A DNA stretch of 59,204 nucleotides, filler included, from Sphacelaria rigidula (lineage: Eukaryota): assembly GCA_964200075.2 (NCBI GenBank). It is 7 parts of 7 records of this genome, joined end to end, with 100 filler letters (N's around TTAATTAATTAA, not from the genome) between each part and the next. Parts side by side here need not be neighbours in the genome. Positions count along the whole stretch, not along the records: positions 1 to 8,372 come from CAXNAA020011351.1; positions 8,473 to 16,844 come from CAXNAA020011352.1; 5 more parts are not named here. The stretch is one strand, 5' to 3'. Both the position numbers and the translations under genes were made by a program. The notes under the pieces are model-generated. The model ran no database searches. It was not told where the DNA came from and was given only the letters and a program-made list of their open reading frames with translations. Shown here piece after piece: positions 1-11,250 of the stretch (the stretch's first letter is position 1; every line of letters begins with the position of its first letter).

Positions 1-29
1 GTTACCAACTGAGCCACCGGGGAGACCGG
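1..29 (-). mobile_element. 5' head fragment of a tRNA-derived SINE (same family as 45790-46122 and 52882-53243)
   Basis: gttaccaactgagccaccgggg matches 53215-53236; its reverse complement contains the A-box TGGCTCAGTTGG. Confidence 0.7.
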
Positions 30-188
30 CTTCGTTGGATACTCTTTTTCGCAACACCACGTCCATAACATTCCCCTTTGCAACCTCTACCCCTCGTGTG
101 TCGCAGTACAGAATGAATCGCGATAATATGTAGATATACGCGCTGTATGGACACGGCGTCTGCCCAATCGCGGGCAAAGTAAGTGTTC

Positions 189-1361
189 CAAGGGTAGGTC
201 GAGTAAAGTATAAACAATACTGAGTATTTTTGAACAGTCATGATTTTAGTACTCGAAGTTTGAGTAGAGTATTTGACATCATACTTGACGTACTCAAAGT
301 TTGAGTAGAGTATTGAGGCCATACTCAAGCGATACTCTATACTCAAGTATTACTGAGAGGGCTTACTCAATGTTTGAGTAGAGTATTTGAGACCGTACTC
401 GACCTACTCAAACGTCGAGTAGAGTGTTTGAGGTCGTACTCGATCTACTCAAAGTTTGAGTAGAGTATTTGGGGCCGTACTCTTCGTACTCAAAATTTGA
501 GTAGGGTATTTGAGGCCGTATTCGATCTACTCAAAACTCGAGTAGAGTATCGAGGCCGGGTCCGATGTACCAAAACCTAAAACTTCAACGTCTTCCTACC
601 TCTGACGACTGTTGCGATGTTTTCCCGTCTTGCACTATTTCCACCGCCGACTCTCCCATGTAGGAGTCACATATGTGGCCAGTAGAGTCGCTCGTATTGA
701 TAATACCCACTGGACTACTCGTCTATTCGATTACTCCACAATGATGAGTAGCGCTCTGTACTGAAAGTAATTACGAAGGCGTTGCGAGGTATCGAGTATG
801 AACTGCCGTGGGTGGAGGCTGGTGAGATGGGGCGCTGGGGCAGGTAGGTTCATTCACCCGCACGCTTTTTAAGTTTTTTCATGGCCATCGTTTGCCCATG
901 CATTCAACATGGTCTGTAAAGTGACGTCACGAAGTCGCCGACGGTCAGGGGTACTCACCGTACCCAAGGGGTACTCTATACTCGAGTATTACTGAGAGTG
1001 GTTACTCAACATTTGAGGAGAGTATTTGAGGCCGTACTCGACGTACTCAAAATTTGAGTAGAGTATTTGACATCATACTCAACGTACTCAAATTTTAAGT
1101 AGAGTATTGAGGTCACACTCAAGTGATACTTTTTACTCGAGTATTGCTGAGAGTGATTACTCAATATTTGAGCAGAGTATTTGAGGTCGTACTCGACGTA
1201 CTCATAATTTGAGTAGAGTATTGGAGGCCGTACTCGACGTACTCAAAATTTGAGTAGAGTATATGAGGCCGTACTCGATCTACTCACACGTCGAGTAGAG
1301 TAAATACTCGAGTATTTTACTCGAGTACTCAAAAGTACATACTCTACTCGACCTACCCTTC
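189..1361. mobile_element. Non-autonomous hAT-like MITE with subterminal hairpin repeat arrays
   Basis: TIRs CAAGGGTAGGTCGAGTA (189-205) and TACTCGACCTACCCTTC (1345-1361). Perfect 8-bp TSD AAGTGTTC at 181-188 and 1362-1369. Arrays of ~39-bp units (tactcaaaNtttgagtagagtatttgaggccg) flank a unique core at ~570-950. Confidence 0.85.
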
Positions 1362-2078
1362 AAGTGTTCATCTGCAAGTCACACGTTGTGCACGTTTATA
1401 ATATCAAAACATTTTCGTGTCTGCTGGTAACACCCGCACCGTCAATTTACTGCATGTACATTTTAGCCATTCAGTACCAGTACAGAACTGTTCGTACACC
1501 GCCCTCCTTAACACGGCGCCCGTATCACTACGATAGTGCCGGGTTGGTATCAACGGGTCTTGCAAAAGCCAGCGAGAACCAATATTCATCCAGTGATCGC
1601 CGCGCCTCAAAAATCGTTTTCCACCCGGAAACTTTGCTCCCCGATCGCCACAAACGCAACTGATAAAACAAAAACTCTTCGGTTTCAGGCTGCTCACATT
1701 GAGGCGAACCCGGAGGGGAAATCGCCAAAAACCGGTATACCGACGGTATTTTCGCCAACATCCGGTATAGCTCACCCCCCCCCTCAGAAAATCTACTAAT
1801 GCAGCCGCCTGATTGGCCACATGCCGCCGCGTGCGCATTCTGGCGAAAACACACACGGTATACCTGTTCTTGGAACCTCGATTTAGCTTTCACCGGTTTT
1901 TGGCGATAGTCTCACCGGTTTTTGGCGATCGAGACAGTAATGCTCAAGTTCCCGGCCAGCCCCAAAACACACACGCCACCATATTCTATGTTACGTTTCG
2001 ACGGCTGGCCGTTGGAGATCAAAATATCCCGAGTTTCGTTTCGTCTATCCGATCACCCGCCGTCCTGGAGCTTTGCCC

Positions 2079-2148
2079 GTCAATCCGACAACGAGCACGC
2101 TTTGTCAATCCGTCAACGAGCACGCCTTGTCGATCCGACAAAGCACGC
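2079..2148. repeat. 25-bp tandem repeat, about 3 copies
   Basis: gtcaatccgacaacgagcacgcttt / gtcaatccgtcaacgagcacgcctt / gtcgatccgacaaagcacgc. Confidence 0.8.
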
Positions 2149-2539
2149 GGTGGTTCCACGGGTTTGAAGAGAACCTTCAGTTCAAAGCACACGGCGCCCT
2201 GACCAAACGAACCGTCACCCTCGCAGGAACATGTTGAGCACAACATGTCACCGCCCACGCGAATCCATCAAATGCTCCGACCTAGGGGGATTCTCCCGTT
2301 ATCTCAGCGTCGCTCCTTTTTTCACAGCAGGGGCTTGTCTGTCGCCTGTTGTTGGACGTACCGACATACATACACCCACGAGATCATCACCCAAGAAAGG
2401 GGGCTACGGCTGCACGGCAGCTATTTGAATCGAAGGACTTGCTGCCGCTGCCTGCATGTACACCGCGCTTCGGCACGTCTCGATAAATTTTCTGACTGCA
2501 CACTGTTTGACCTTAGTTGCAAACTGTAAGATGGGCAAT

Positions 2540-3361
2540 TAGGGCGTGTCTTCGCACTTTTCTTTTGGATCGAAAAGATGGGGAAGTGGAATCAACCTGA
2601 GCGAAAATTTCTCGTGTTGATGCAGTTGGGTCCAGGTGGATTGTCATACTTTCCATCGAATGAAGGCAATGGAATTCTTGAGACGGCACATGGTCACTCG
2701 TCTACAGTACAGTCCAGACAGTCTGTACTGTTGGCACTGCTTGCAAGCAGGGTGCCTTGAGTGCGTGTTTCGTGCAGGAGGATATAGAGGAGAAGCGGGC
2801 AACGTGCAGTACAGACAGCCCGGAACTATCAGTTCTCTGTGCTTGAAATGCAACGTCAAAAAAGTGCCTCAACATCGTGCGGGTTTGTGCTGCCTGCACT
2901 GTCCATGAGGGTGCACGCAACTCGGTTGTCCACCGTGCGACGCAGTTCCGTCGCTGATGACCACCATGAGAAAAGAAGCGCAAGTTTTCTCCAACAAATG
3001 AACAAAGCATACCAACTACTGCAGTGCATCTACCCCTGTGCTCAACCCCTGCACTATGCTGCAGGGTTGCGGTAGTAGCTGACAATGAGTTGGATGGAGT
3101 TTGCATGATCCTGCAAAGAGGTAATATTTGGCGTGGTGATCTTTAAGATGGGAGTCAGGTGCTGCTTTGTGCCTTTCGAACGCATGTTTTCGACGCAAAA
3201 CGATTGATTTCCACCCAATTACGTTCTTCTCCGCACGCCGCTAATTATAAAATTGAGTCGAAGCCTTCTCAAGGAAGATGAATGCGGTGGATCTATAAGA
3301 TTGGCAAGAAAACATTCCACCGCACTCTTTCGATCGAGAAAAAAGTGCTTTTAGACACCCC
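2540..3361. mobile_element. Degenerate non-autonomous TIR element
   Basis: Left end agggcgtgtcttcgcacttttcttttggatcgaaaag is an imperfect inverted match to ctctttcgatcgagaaaaaagtgcttttagacacccc at the right end. 2540-2770 also matches 8473-8678 in reverse. Confidence 0.6.
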
Positions 3362-4096
3362 GTTATTCGGTTCTTGGCCCACGGGGGGGGGGGATTATTA
3401 TCAAATAAATTCAAGCTAGACGTTCGTGTTGGTTTCGGGCAAGCGGACCGTATTGCTCAAGTGTCGTACAGTTTTTGTTCGCAAGTGTTTGTGTGTCGGT
3501 CACCATGACCCGTGGTCAAACAGAGAGTATGATGTCATGTACAGCTGGTATCGTCGTAGCTTGAAACCCCCGGAACCGAGAGTAGCATCCGGATCAGAGA
3601 GGGGAAAAATCTCATTGAGCGACCAGTACACATGTGGACCGCGAGTGAAGCGATGGTACTGATAGGTATAACCCGTCGAAGACAAGAAGTGTTCATTACG
3701 TGTACTTTTGTCAACCTGATTTCGGTTCACAGAGAGGCCACCGCTCGCAGTCAAAACATGAACCCAGCGCAAGGGTATTTCGATCAGTCATGCACAATTT
3801 AAGGGCGATTGCCCAACCCGGAGATATCTAAATAATCGTTCAATTCCGTATACTAGCGGAGAAAAAGGAAGAACGAGGTTTTTCCCAAACAAAATTCTCG
3901 ACCGCGGGTAGGGGTGGGAGGGGGTAGCGGTGGTCCATGGATTTCCCGATATGGGCCCCCTCGGATTGTGGCACATCAACCGATCCGACGTGAGACTCAG
4001 CGGTGGTCATTGTTCACAAGATGGACGTTCAGAACCCAGTGGTCATTATCCACAGCATGGACGTACAGTACCGATGGTAAACAAGACAGCTGTTTC

Positions 4097-4520
4097 TTAA
4101 ACAAACAAAATTACAACAGCAGCTGAAGGTAATAAGTAAAAAATGAAAAAAATACCACCTGCCCCTAACAACGCCCAACTGAAACCAATAATAACTTTCA
4201 ATAGTGTATGACCTGCCATAGGATCGGCAGATGGATGTACGCCCAAACTAACTGGTTTAAAAAGGTACGATGATGTTTTTACAGGAATTGATAAAAAGCT
4301 TGAAGCTAAAGATGTTGCCGCTGGCAAAAAATAAAGTAACTAAATTAAAGCCATGATGATGAACACCTACAGCAACTACACCTATAAAAATCATACAAGA
4401 AAGAGAGAGCTACTGACTAAGACTAAGAAGACAAATAAACCATAAATTATTTGGTGTGAATCAAAACGAGAAGTGAAGATAGCTACACCTTTTAACTGCT
4501 TCAATAAAGCTTTAATTTAC
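4097..4520 (-). pseudogene. atp6: ATP synthase subunit a pseudogene (3'-truncated, probably with an internal deletion)
   Basis: LSLSCMIFIGVVAVGVHHHGFNLVTLF-LPAATSLASSFLSIPVKTSSYLFKPVSLGVHPSADPMAGHTLLKVIIGFSW aligns by eye to the Atp6 motif SYxFKPISLGVRLFANxMAGHTLLKVI. Confidence 0.88.
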
Positions 4521-4535
4521 CTATAAAACCTCTTC

Positions 4536-5595
4536 TTATGAAGAATGAGAAATAATTTTCAGTACCAAGAACACCCCACTTAATAAGACAACTATCATAT
4601 TTTCTTCAACTATAGAAACAGGACCTGTCCAAGATGAAAAAAAAAATAGCCTGGAGAAAGCCAAAGAAAAACAACGTATGTTGGACGAAAAAAAACACTT
4701 CGTATTTTTGAAGAATTTAATGAGGGATAAGCGAATAACGCTCTCACCACAGCACCCATAGCCAGAATACCCTCTAACTAATGCGGAATTGTACGTAATG
4801 TCAGCAAGAAAATGCCACTCAGGAACAAAATGAGCAGGAGTTTTGGTAGGATTTGGTGGAGTATAATTCAAGAGATCCCCTGAAAAAATTGGAGCGTATA
4901 TAATAAAACCTGACACGATGGTTGATGAAACAAAGAAGCCTAAAATATCTTTTACATGTAAATACCTCTTAAATCTAATATTAGATTGTGTTTCTTTTAC
5001 ACTCAATAAATCATTAGAATCATCTTTTTGCCATAAACCTAAATGAACAAGAACAAATCCAAGGAAAAGGAACGGCAGAAGGTAATGTAAGCTTGAAAAA
5101 CGTGTTAATGTTTTATTGTTAACGTAAGCCCCCCAAATCCACCAAGATATATTTCTACCTACTTGATACGGAAGTGCATTAGCCGTACTCGTAATTACAG
5201 ATACTCCCCAAAACCTTATGGCACCCCAAGGCAACACATGACCTGGAAATGCTGTACCCATGGCTAATACAAAAATAATACCACCTGACCACCATAAAGG
5301 CTTACGTGGATCCATCAAAGAACCATAGTATAAACCTCTGAAAATATGGCAGTAAATAACAATAAAGAAAAGAAAGCCCCGTTAACACGAAAGTAACGGA
5401 TTCACCAACCATAATGAACATATCTCATAATATACTCAACGCTTTCAAAAGCATAACGTATATCACCAAGATAAAACATAGCTAGAAAAATACCAGTAAA
5501 AAATTGCATTACCAAAGCAAAAACCTGCAGCTGATCCGAAACTCGAAGTGTAATTCAAGTTCATAGGATGATCAATGATATGAGAATCAACATTG
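4536..5595 (-). pseudogene. cob: Cytochrome b pseudogene
   Basis: VDSHIIDHP..NLNY..SFGS..TGIFLAM..SVEYIMR..GW*IRY..HIFRGLYYGS..VLPWG..FWG..SLHYLLPF..VKD..TPAHFVPEWHFL; contains an in-frame TGA and several frameshifts. Confidence 0.95.
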
Positions 5596-5645
5596 TGACA
5601 TTGATCATTGTAAGAAGAAACAGGATTTCATACATGAAGAAATAA

Positions 5646-5725
5646 AGGAAGGCATGATTCGAACCCGCGACGGTAAAAACCAACATATTCACGATCTGTC
5701 ACTTTCAAGCACTGTCACCTCTTTC
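5646..5725 (-). pseudogene. trnY: Degenerate mitochondrial class II tRNA, most like tRNA-Tyr
   Basis: Reverse complement has T-loop GGTTCGAATC, a long variable arm (tggtttttaccg) and anticodon arm acaga-tcgtgaa-tatgt, resembling trnY ACAGACTGTAAATCTGT. Confidence 0.6.
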
Positions 5726-5789
5726 GAGGAACTAAATCCAGAAGTAATATTAACACTTTTGTAACTAACTTTATTACGATTATTTTCAC

Positions 5790-6170
5790 GTCTTACTTGA
5801 GAAGCACGACAAGCATTATGAGGTGAGAACGTGAAGTCGAGAAAATGATCTATAACAAACCCAAAACGTTCAAAACCTACAGTAACAGCTTTTCGTTTTA
5901 TACCCAAACCACGTACAACAATAAAAAGCTTGCAATATCGAAGGTTCTGAATTTTCTGCGCAACATGAAGTCCCATTGCAATTGCTCATTCATAATCAGT
6001 AATTAAGTTTTTATCATCTATTTTTATAATACCATTTGAACAACTTGTTTATACTTTTTTACAAGAGGGTCAATGAACAAACATTTAATATTTCTTTTTG
6101 GATAAACAATATACAAACTACCAGATTTACGCGTGATACCGGATGATGGTGTTTCTTTATCATTTTTCAA
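5790..6170 (-). pseudogene. rps11: Mitochondrial ribosomal protein S11 pseudogene
   Basis: GSLYIVYPKRNI...IVVRGLGIKRKAV...DFTFSPHNACRASQVRR matches the S11 C-terminal PHNGCR..K.RR motif; in-frame TGA. Confidence 0.8.
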
Positions 6171-6229
6171 TCATTTTTAGTGTGAATAACTAGAATATAA
6201 TGTTATTGAACATTATAATTCAGAATGTG

Positions 6230-6570
6230 ATCTATGCCTAGAATTTGTATGCGTACATTGACCTCTAACCGGTAAACCTTCACGGTGTCGTAAACCTCTG
6301 GGAGAAAAAATACTACATAACCGATAATTTTGAAAACGAAGATCTTGACTTCAAACTGAAGGAAGACTATCAATAGTTTTTTCTCAATTTTTGCTTGAAT
6401 ATAATTTATATCTTCACCTCTAAAATCTAAACCAAAACCAGCTTTTTTACAAATACTATTCGATTGGTTCAAACCAATTCCTTTGACATGTGTTTTAAAA
6501 TGAATTCTGAATCTTTTGGTGATGGTGTACCGACCATTAAGGACGTATATAAACAAAATTTGGCACAGAG
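6230..6570 (-). pseudogene. rps13: Mitochondrial ribosomal protein S13 pseudogene
   Basis: HVKGIGLNQSNSICKKAG followed, after a frameshift, by [21 protein letters not shown] (S13 signature RGxRHxxGLPVRGQRTxTN). Confidence 0.9.
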
Positions 6571-7026
6571 GAGGACGACACAATCATAGCTGTACCGATA
6601 AATAGATTCTTAGTGAACACTTACAAATAGTATTGTATTGTATTGGAGAACGATCCGAATAGAACATCTTTTTTGCTCGAGTATTTAACCCAGATTCGAA
6701 GAAGATTTTCTTTTTTTTTTAGCACCAACGAAAATATAAAGGGGTGATATTATGAGATCAAACTCTGGGCATCTTTAGAATACCTAAAATGATAATGGCC
6801 ATAGCCAAAAATTAAAGCAAATACAGGAGTAATAATATAATCTTGGCGTGAAACCTAAAGGGAATGGGCAAATATTGCGTGCACCGGGACAGACAGAAGC
6901 TAGCAGGAAGGGGAGGGGAGGGGAGGGGAGGGGAGGGCGATCGAAAGGGAACGGAAAAACAGGAAGAGAGCGCAGAACTCCTAGAAAAAAAAAAAGAAAC
7001 AGAAGTAATGTAATAAACTTGATGAG

Positions 7027-7980
7027 CCCTTTCGGGACCGGGCCTCCAGAAGGACCAGTGAGGCTGGTCAGGAATGACGTGTCTGGCGTATGCACGAAAC
7101 AGTGGCGTGTTGCTGAAACTCAGCGTATGTAACTGCAGGGTCATGACGAAGACCGAAAGTATCATTCGATCTATTTTCCGGTGCAGGGTGCGCATTAGGT
7201 GGTGTACATCTGATGTAGCACGCAGCATGGGTCGTGATGGAGAAATTCCAAGGAGATGCGGCGACCGGCGAGCCGCCCGCCACTCGTGGCTTTGGATATA
7301 ACTTTTGTCCCCACCACCTTGCCACACAGCCCTTTGTAGTCGGGGTGGACCTCCCATGTCCCCCCTTGTTACATGGGGCAATTTTTCTTCGAAGGGTATC
7401 AGCGTTGCGGCGCCCATGCATACAACAGTATGTAATAGTACAGTACAGTGTTGCACGCCCCTTCGACTGAAGCAGCAGCTGCCGCTGCATACTCCCTTGC
7501 ACGTTCTGGGCAATTGTCAGCTACCTATCTACAACTTTGTCATCCCCGTCCACTTCCTACATGTGGACTGCAGGTCATCGGCAGAGAGATACGTGGAATT
7601 CATTACGGTAGCTCCTTTTGTCTTTCCACGGCCCACCTGAATTTTGTGCCCCGTGGAAATGACCACATTGTAGCATGTACCCTCTTCCCCGTTATTTTCC
7701 GGCTCACCCTGTGTTAGCGTATATGATATATATATATATACATAGGCCCACGTTTCAGTTTTGAATTGGGACCCAAAAACACTACGGAAAAACTCGGGAA
7801 CAGTATATCGAGAGCAAATAATACCATAAAACGAAGCTGCGACAGCCCTGCACTTGGAAACCTGGGAAGGCCTATCTGTGCCAGGGAAAGGGTCCCCACA
7901 CGATCGTTGCAGTGGCATCACACTCGACAACAATCCCCGCGCTGGTCCTTCAGGTCTGGTCGATAATTTTCGCCTCGCCG
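7027..7980. mobile_element. Non-autonomous piggyBac-like element, one end truncated
   Basis: Starts ccctttcgggaccg; collinear reverse-complement homology to 11251-12263 over ~950 bp. Confidence 0.8.
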
Positions 7981-8372
7981 TGATTGGGCAGGTCGCTCGA
8001 AGACTTATTTTTCATTATTTCACTAGCACAGGGTCAACCCTGTGTTGATGGGGGTCTGGTCTCAGATGGGTTAACGCAGTGAGACTAGAGATGACCGGCC
8101 CTTGCAGCACGGCTTCAAGTGAAAAGCGCCGTGCGCATGAAGCGCGTGTACCCGTACGCGAAATAAGTACACAAGGCCGTGTGGAGGGATTGCGGGGACT
8201 CGGCTATTTCGGACCAAAATATTTGGGTGAAAGCTCTCAACCATGATCTCCACGGAAGCAAGGCAACAAGCTGCTGCTGTAAGTATATTTATATATGCTT
8301 GAACTCGAAACACGAATCAAGCCTGAAATATGATCAGCCTCACCTATCTGTTTTGTCCGAAATAGGGGGGGG

Positions 8373-8472
8373 NNNNNNNNNNNNNNNNNNNNNNNNNNNN
8401 NNNNNNNNNNNNNNNNTTAATTAATTAANNNNNNNNNNNNNNNNNNNNNNNNNNNNNNNNNNNNNNNNNNNN
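8373..8472. other. Artificial contig linker
   Basis: N44-TTAATTAATTAA-N44. Confidence 0.99.
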
Positions 8473-8678
8473 CACGCACACACGCATTCAAGACACCCTA
8501 CTTGCAAGCAGTGCAAACAGTACAGACCATGTACCGTTTCACGAATTTCGCTATATTTTTTCGATCGAAAGCTTGGAAATCCATCCGGACCCAACTGAAT
8601 CAAAACGGGAATTTTCACTTGACTCCATTCCACCGCTCGATTTTTCGATCGAAAAAAAAAGTGCTGAGACACGCCCTG
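8473..8678. mobile_element. Terminal fragment of the 2540-3361 TIR family
   Basis: Reverse-complement match to 2540-2770; ends gacacgccctg. Confidence 0.7.
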
Positions 8679-8769
8679 ATGCGCACAACACCCGAATTAT
8701 AGTACAGACAATTTGTACCTGAACATAGGTTGGTTGAAACTTTCGGTCTTCATCTAACCCTGCCGTTAC

Positions 8770-8877
8770 ATACATACGTTGATTTTAGCAACATGAAGCC
8801 ACTGTTTCATGCATATCCAGGACACGTCATCCCTAACCAGCCTCGTTAGTCGTTCTGGAGGCCCAGTCCCAAAAGGG
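8770..8877. mobile_element. Terminal fragment of the piggyBac-like family
   Basis: Ends ...cagtcccaaaaggg|TTAA, homologous to 12160-12267. Confidence 0.75.
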
Positions 8878-8884
8878 TTAATAA

Positions 8885-9710
8885 GACCATATTTTATGGC
8901 AGTCACCAATCTCGATTTTTTCGAGCATCGGGGTAAAAAAATCGGGAACACATTTTATGGACACCGATGTGGACCAATCGGGGGAGATAAAATCGGGGTG
9001 TCACGATATCGGAACCATTTCGAAAAATCGGGAAAATCGTCATGACTCCCCCGATCTTGAGGAGGTAACGTACATGCATTGACGTGCAATGGTAGGGTAC
9101 GAGGCGTTTGATAGTTTTCCAACCGCAGCAAAAGACATTCTCTTGACAGCGCAGGGCGTGCCTGCCCGTGCCAGCTGTAGAGGTAGCTTCGCACAGGGTT
9201 TGACAGGCAGATAGGGAGTGTTGATGCCGTACCCTAAGGCGATGGTAATATTTTTTGCTGCACTGCTCTGCCATATGTATCGCAATAACGAACGTCACTA
9301 TACTCTCCTGTTCTGTTGTCGCTGTACTTGTAGGGCGATGTATTGCACTGCACTGCTGACCTGTATTCGCGCACTGTTTGTTCACTGTTCCCGCAATACC
9401 GACTGTGCCATCATGTACTACCACACGGCATTATCATGTAATGGTGGAGTGTCCTGCAACGTATTACCCTAGGGTACCAAGGTACGACACTATACTATTC
9501 ACCGCCTGCTTGCTCTTAGCTGCATGCACGCGTACGCAGATCTACACTCACGCAGAAAATAACCGTCCCGTGTACAGAACTTTTTCACGAGTCTGTGATG
9601 CTGTTGTCTACCATGAAACATTTCCCCCGATTTTGAGTCCGGGAATTTGGTTCCCCCCGATCTTTTCAAGATCTAAAAAAAATCGAGATTCGTTGCCGTA
9701 AAAGTTGGTC
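8885..9710. mobile_element. Non-autonomous TIR element with subterminal aaaatcggg repeats
   Basis: gaccatattttatggcag..aatctcgattttt versus aaaaatcgagattcgttgccgtaaaagttggtc (imperfect inverted repeat); repeated aaatcggg motifs on the left and cccgat motifs on the right. Confidence 0.65.
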
Positions 9711-11250
9711 CAAGGCACAGACGGGCTTCAATGAATCCTGAAAAGATCCTCTTCAAAAAAGGAGATCGGGGGGTCATGATATTTTCCCACAACGCCGATC
9801 ATCAGGTGTCGGGGAGAAAAGTGGGTTTATACAAATATGTGGAGACCACGTATGTATGAGCGTAATGATATCCATATGCACATGTGAGCCGGAGAAACAG
9901 TCTCAGGAACGGAGCCCACGGTCGCATCCTTGCCCAAATGACAAGAAGGAGAATCATGCCTCGCTCTGGAATTGGATATCCTCGTTTTATTCCACCACGA
10001 TTGTTAGCCTCACCTTTCACACGTTGGGCAGCTCATGGGCTACCTACAATATCTAATCGAAGAGACCGCCTACATATGTTGCTCAAGAAGCTAAAGCGCT
10101 ACGTTTGCCCTACTCCGCGTGCTCGACGTCCAGCGCTGCAGGGAGCATATATGAAAAAAGGAGCCAAATGAGCTAGCTCATGATCCGAATCACTGCACTA
10201 ATAAGAAGTGATATTCAAGTAGCTCATGGGCTGTCCGACTTGTGTGACCTTTGCACAGGCACAGTAGACGATCTGTTGAATCGGCATTATTATCCAAGCT
10301 TCGTCAGTTCACATCCAGGCTAGCCCCTCTATTTGATCCCAGAAATGTATCTCCGGTGCAAACAGGACAAACGTCAAGAAGCAGTACAATAAGCAGGTGT
10401 GTGTCCTTCCGGCGCCCAGGCAGCAGACTCGGCAGCAGATTCATGAGCGTGATCCATAAACACGAAGCGATGCGAACTGTCACAGTGCTGCAGTACAGTA
10501 CTCCGGTCGTGCAGTCGTTCCACAATTGTAGTACCATCTGCACTCAACACAAGAAACTGACTGTTCAGGCCACCCTTTCCGCACGTAATCTAGTGCGTCT
10601 ACCTACCAATCTCTCGGCAAATGAATCGACAATCCCTCACCGCTGAAGGCATTCCAAGCACTGGCCCTTTCGGGCCTTATTCAGCATTCGTCTTGAACAA
10701 ATGATGGCTCATCAAGTGATTAATTCTCCCGCTCCAACACAACACATCTTCCCTCGATTGGGAATATTTCGCTTTCCTGCAATCGTAAGCGTGTAGCTAA
10801 CCTGGAGTGCGTCGCGTGCTCTGATCGCATATTCAGCACTTCACATTAAGCCGGGGGCACCAAAATTGACCTGGTTCGGATACGCGTCTGCGATGTGGTA
10901 CAAGAATCAAGATACCCAAATTCTCGCCCGATTTCGCTCAAAAATGGTGGACGCGTAACTATCATTATTGCTGCAATAAGGATACCTGTCTTGGTTCACA
11001 ACTCGTCGCTATCCATGTCGAGCTTGGCAGGACGGATCTACCTGTGCCGACTCTAACAGCAAGTAAACGGTCATTCTGTGATCATCTTGAGTCTCGTAAG
11101 GTCTCACTACCCGAGCACCCTCAATAACGCCCCCCATGAAACCGTCCAACAGGACTGTCAGCCTATGATATTGTTCCGAAACTGAGCGTTGCGCCTACTC
11201 ATAGAGGGTCAAGGCACAGTACTTTCGCCCACAAGTTCAGGCCCCTTGAA

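Larger units (their letters stand above)
4097..6600 (-). other. NUMT (mitochondrial DNA insert): rps13-rps11-trnY-cob-atp6, decayed; AT-rich tract may extend to ~6880
   Basis: Abrupt AT-rich block with five co-oriented mitochondrial gene remnants carrying stops and frameshifts, flanked by nuclear repeats within one contig. Confidence 0.92.

Noticed and set aside
189-1361. CRISPR-like array of palindromic ~39-bp repeats
   Set aside because: There are no unique spacers and no cas genes, the context is eukaryotic, and the array is bounded by TIRs and an 8-bp TSD.
4097-4327. atp9 (76-aa hydrophobic ORF)
   Set aside because: The size fits, but the sequence carries Atp6 motifs (MAGHTLLKVI), not the atp9 GxGxGxG/RNP motifs.
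4536-5318. Functional 260-aa cytochrome b, or a contaminating mitochondrial contig
   Set aside because: The N-terminus is broken by a stop and frameshifts, the C-terminus is shifted after PEW, and the block is flanked by nuclear repeats in the same contig.
5395-6000. UGA=Trp genetic code in the mitochondrial donor
   Set aside because: The conserved Trp positions I could read in cob use TGG, so the isolated TGA codons are better explained as decay.
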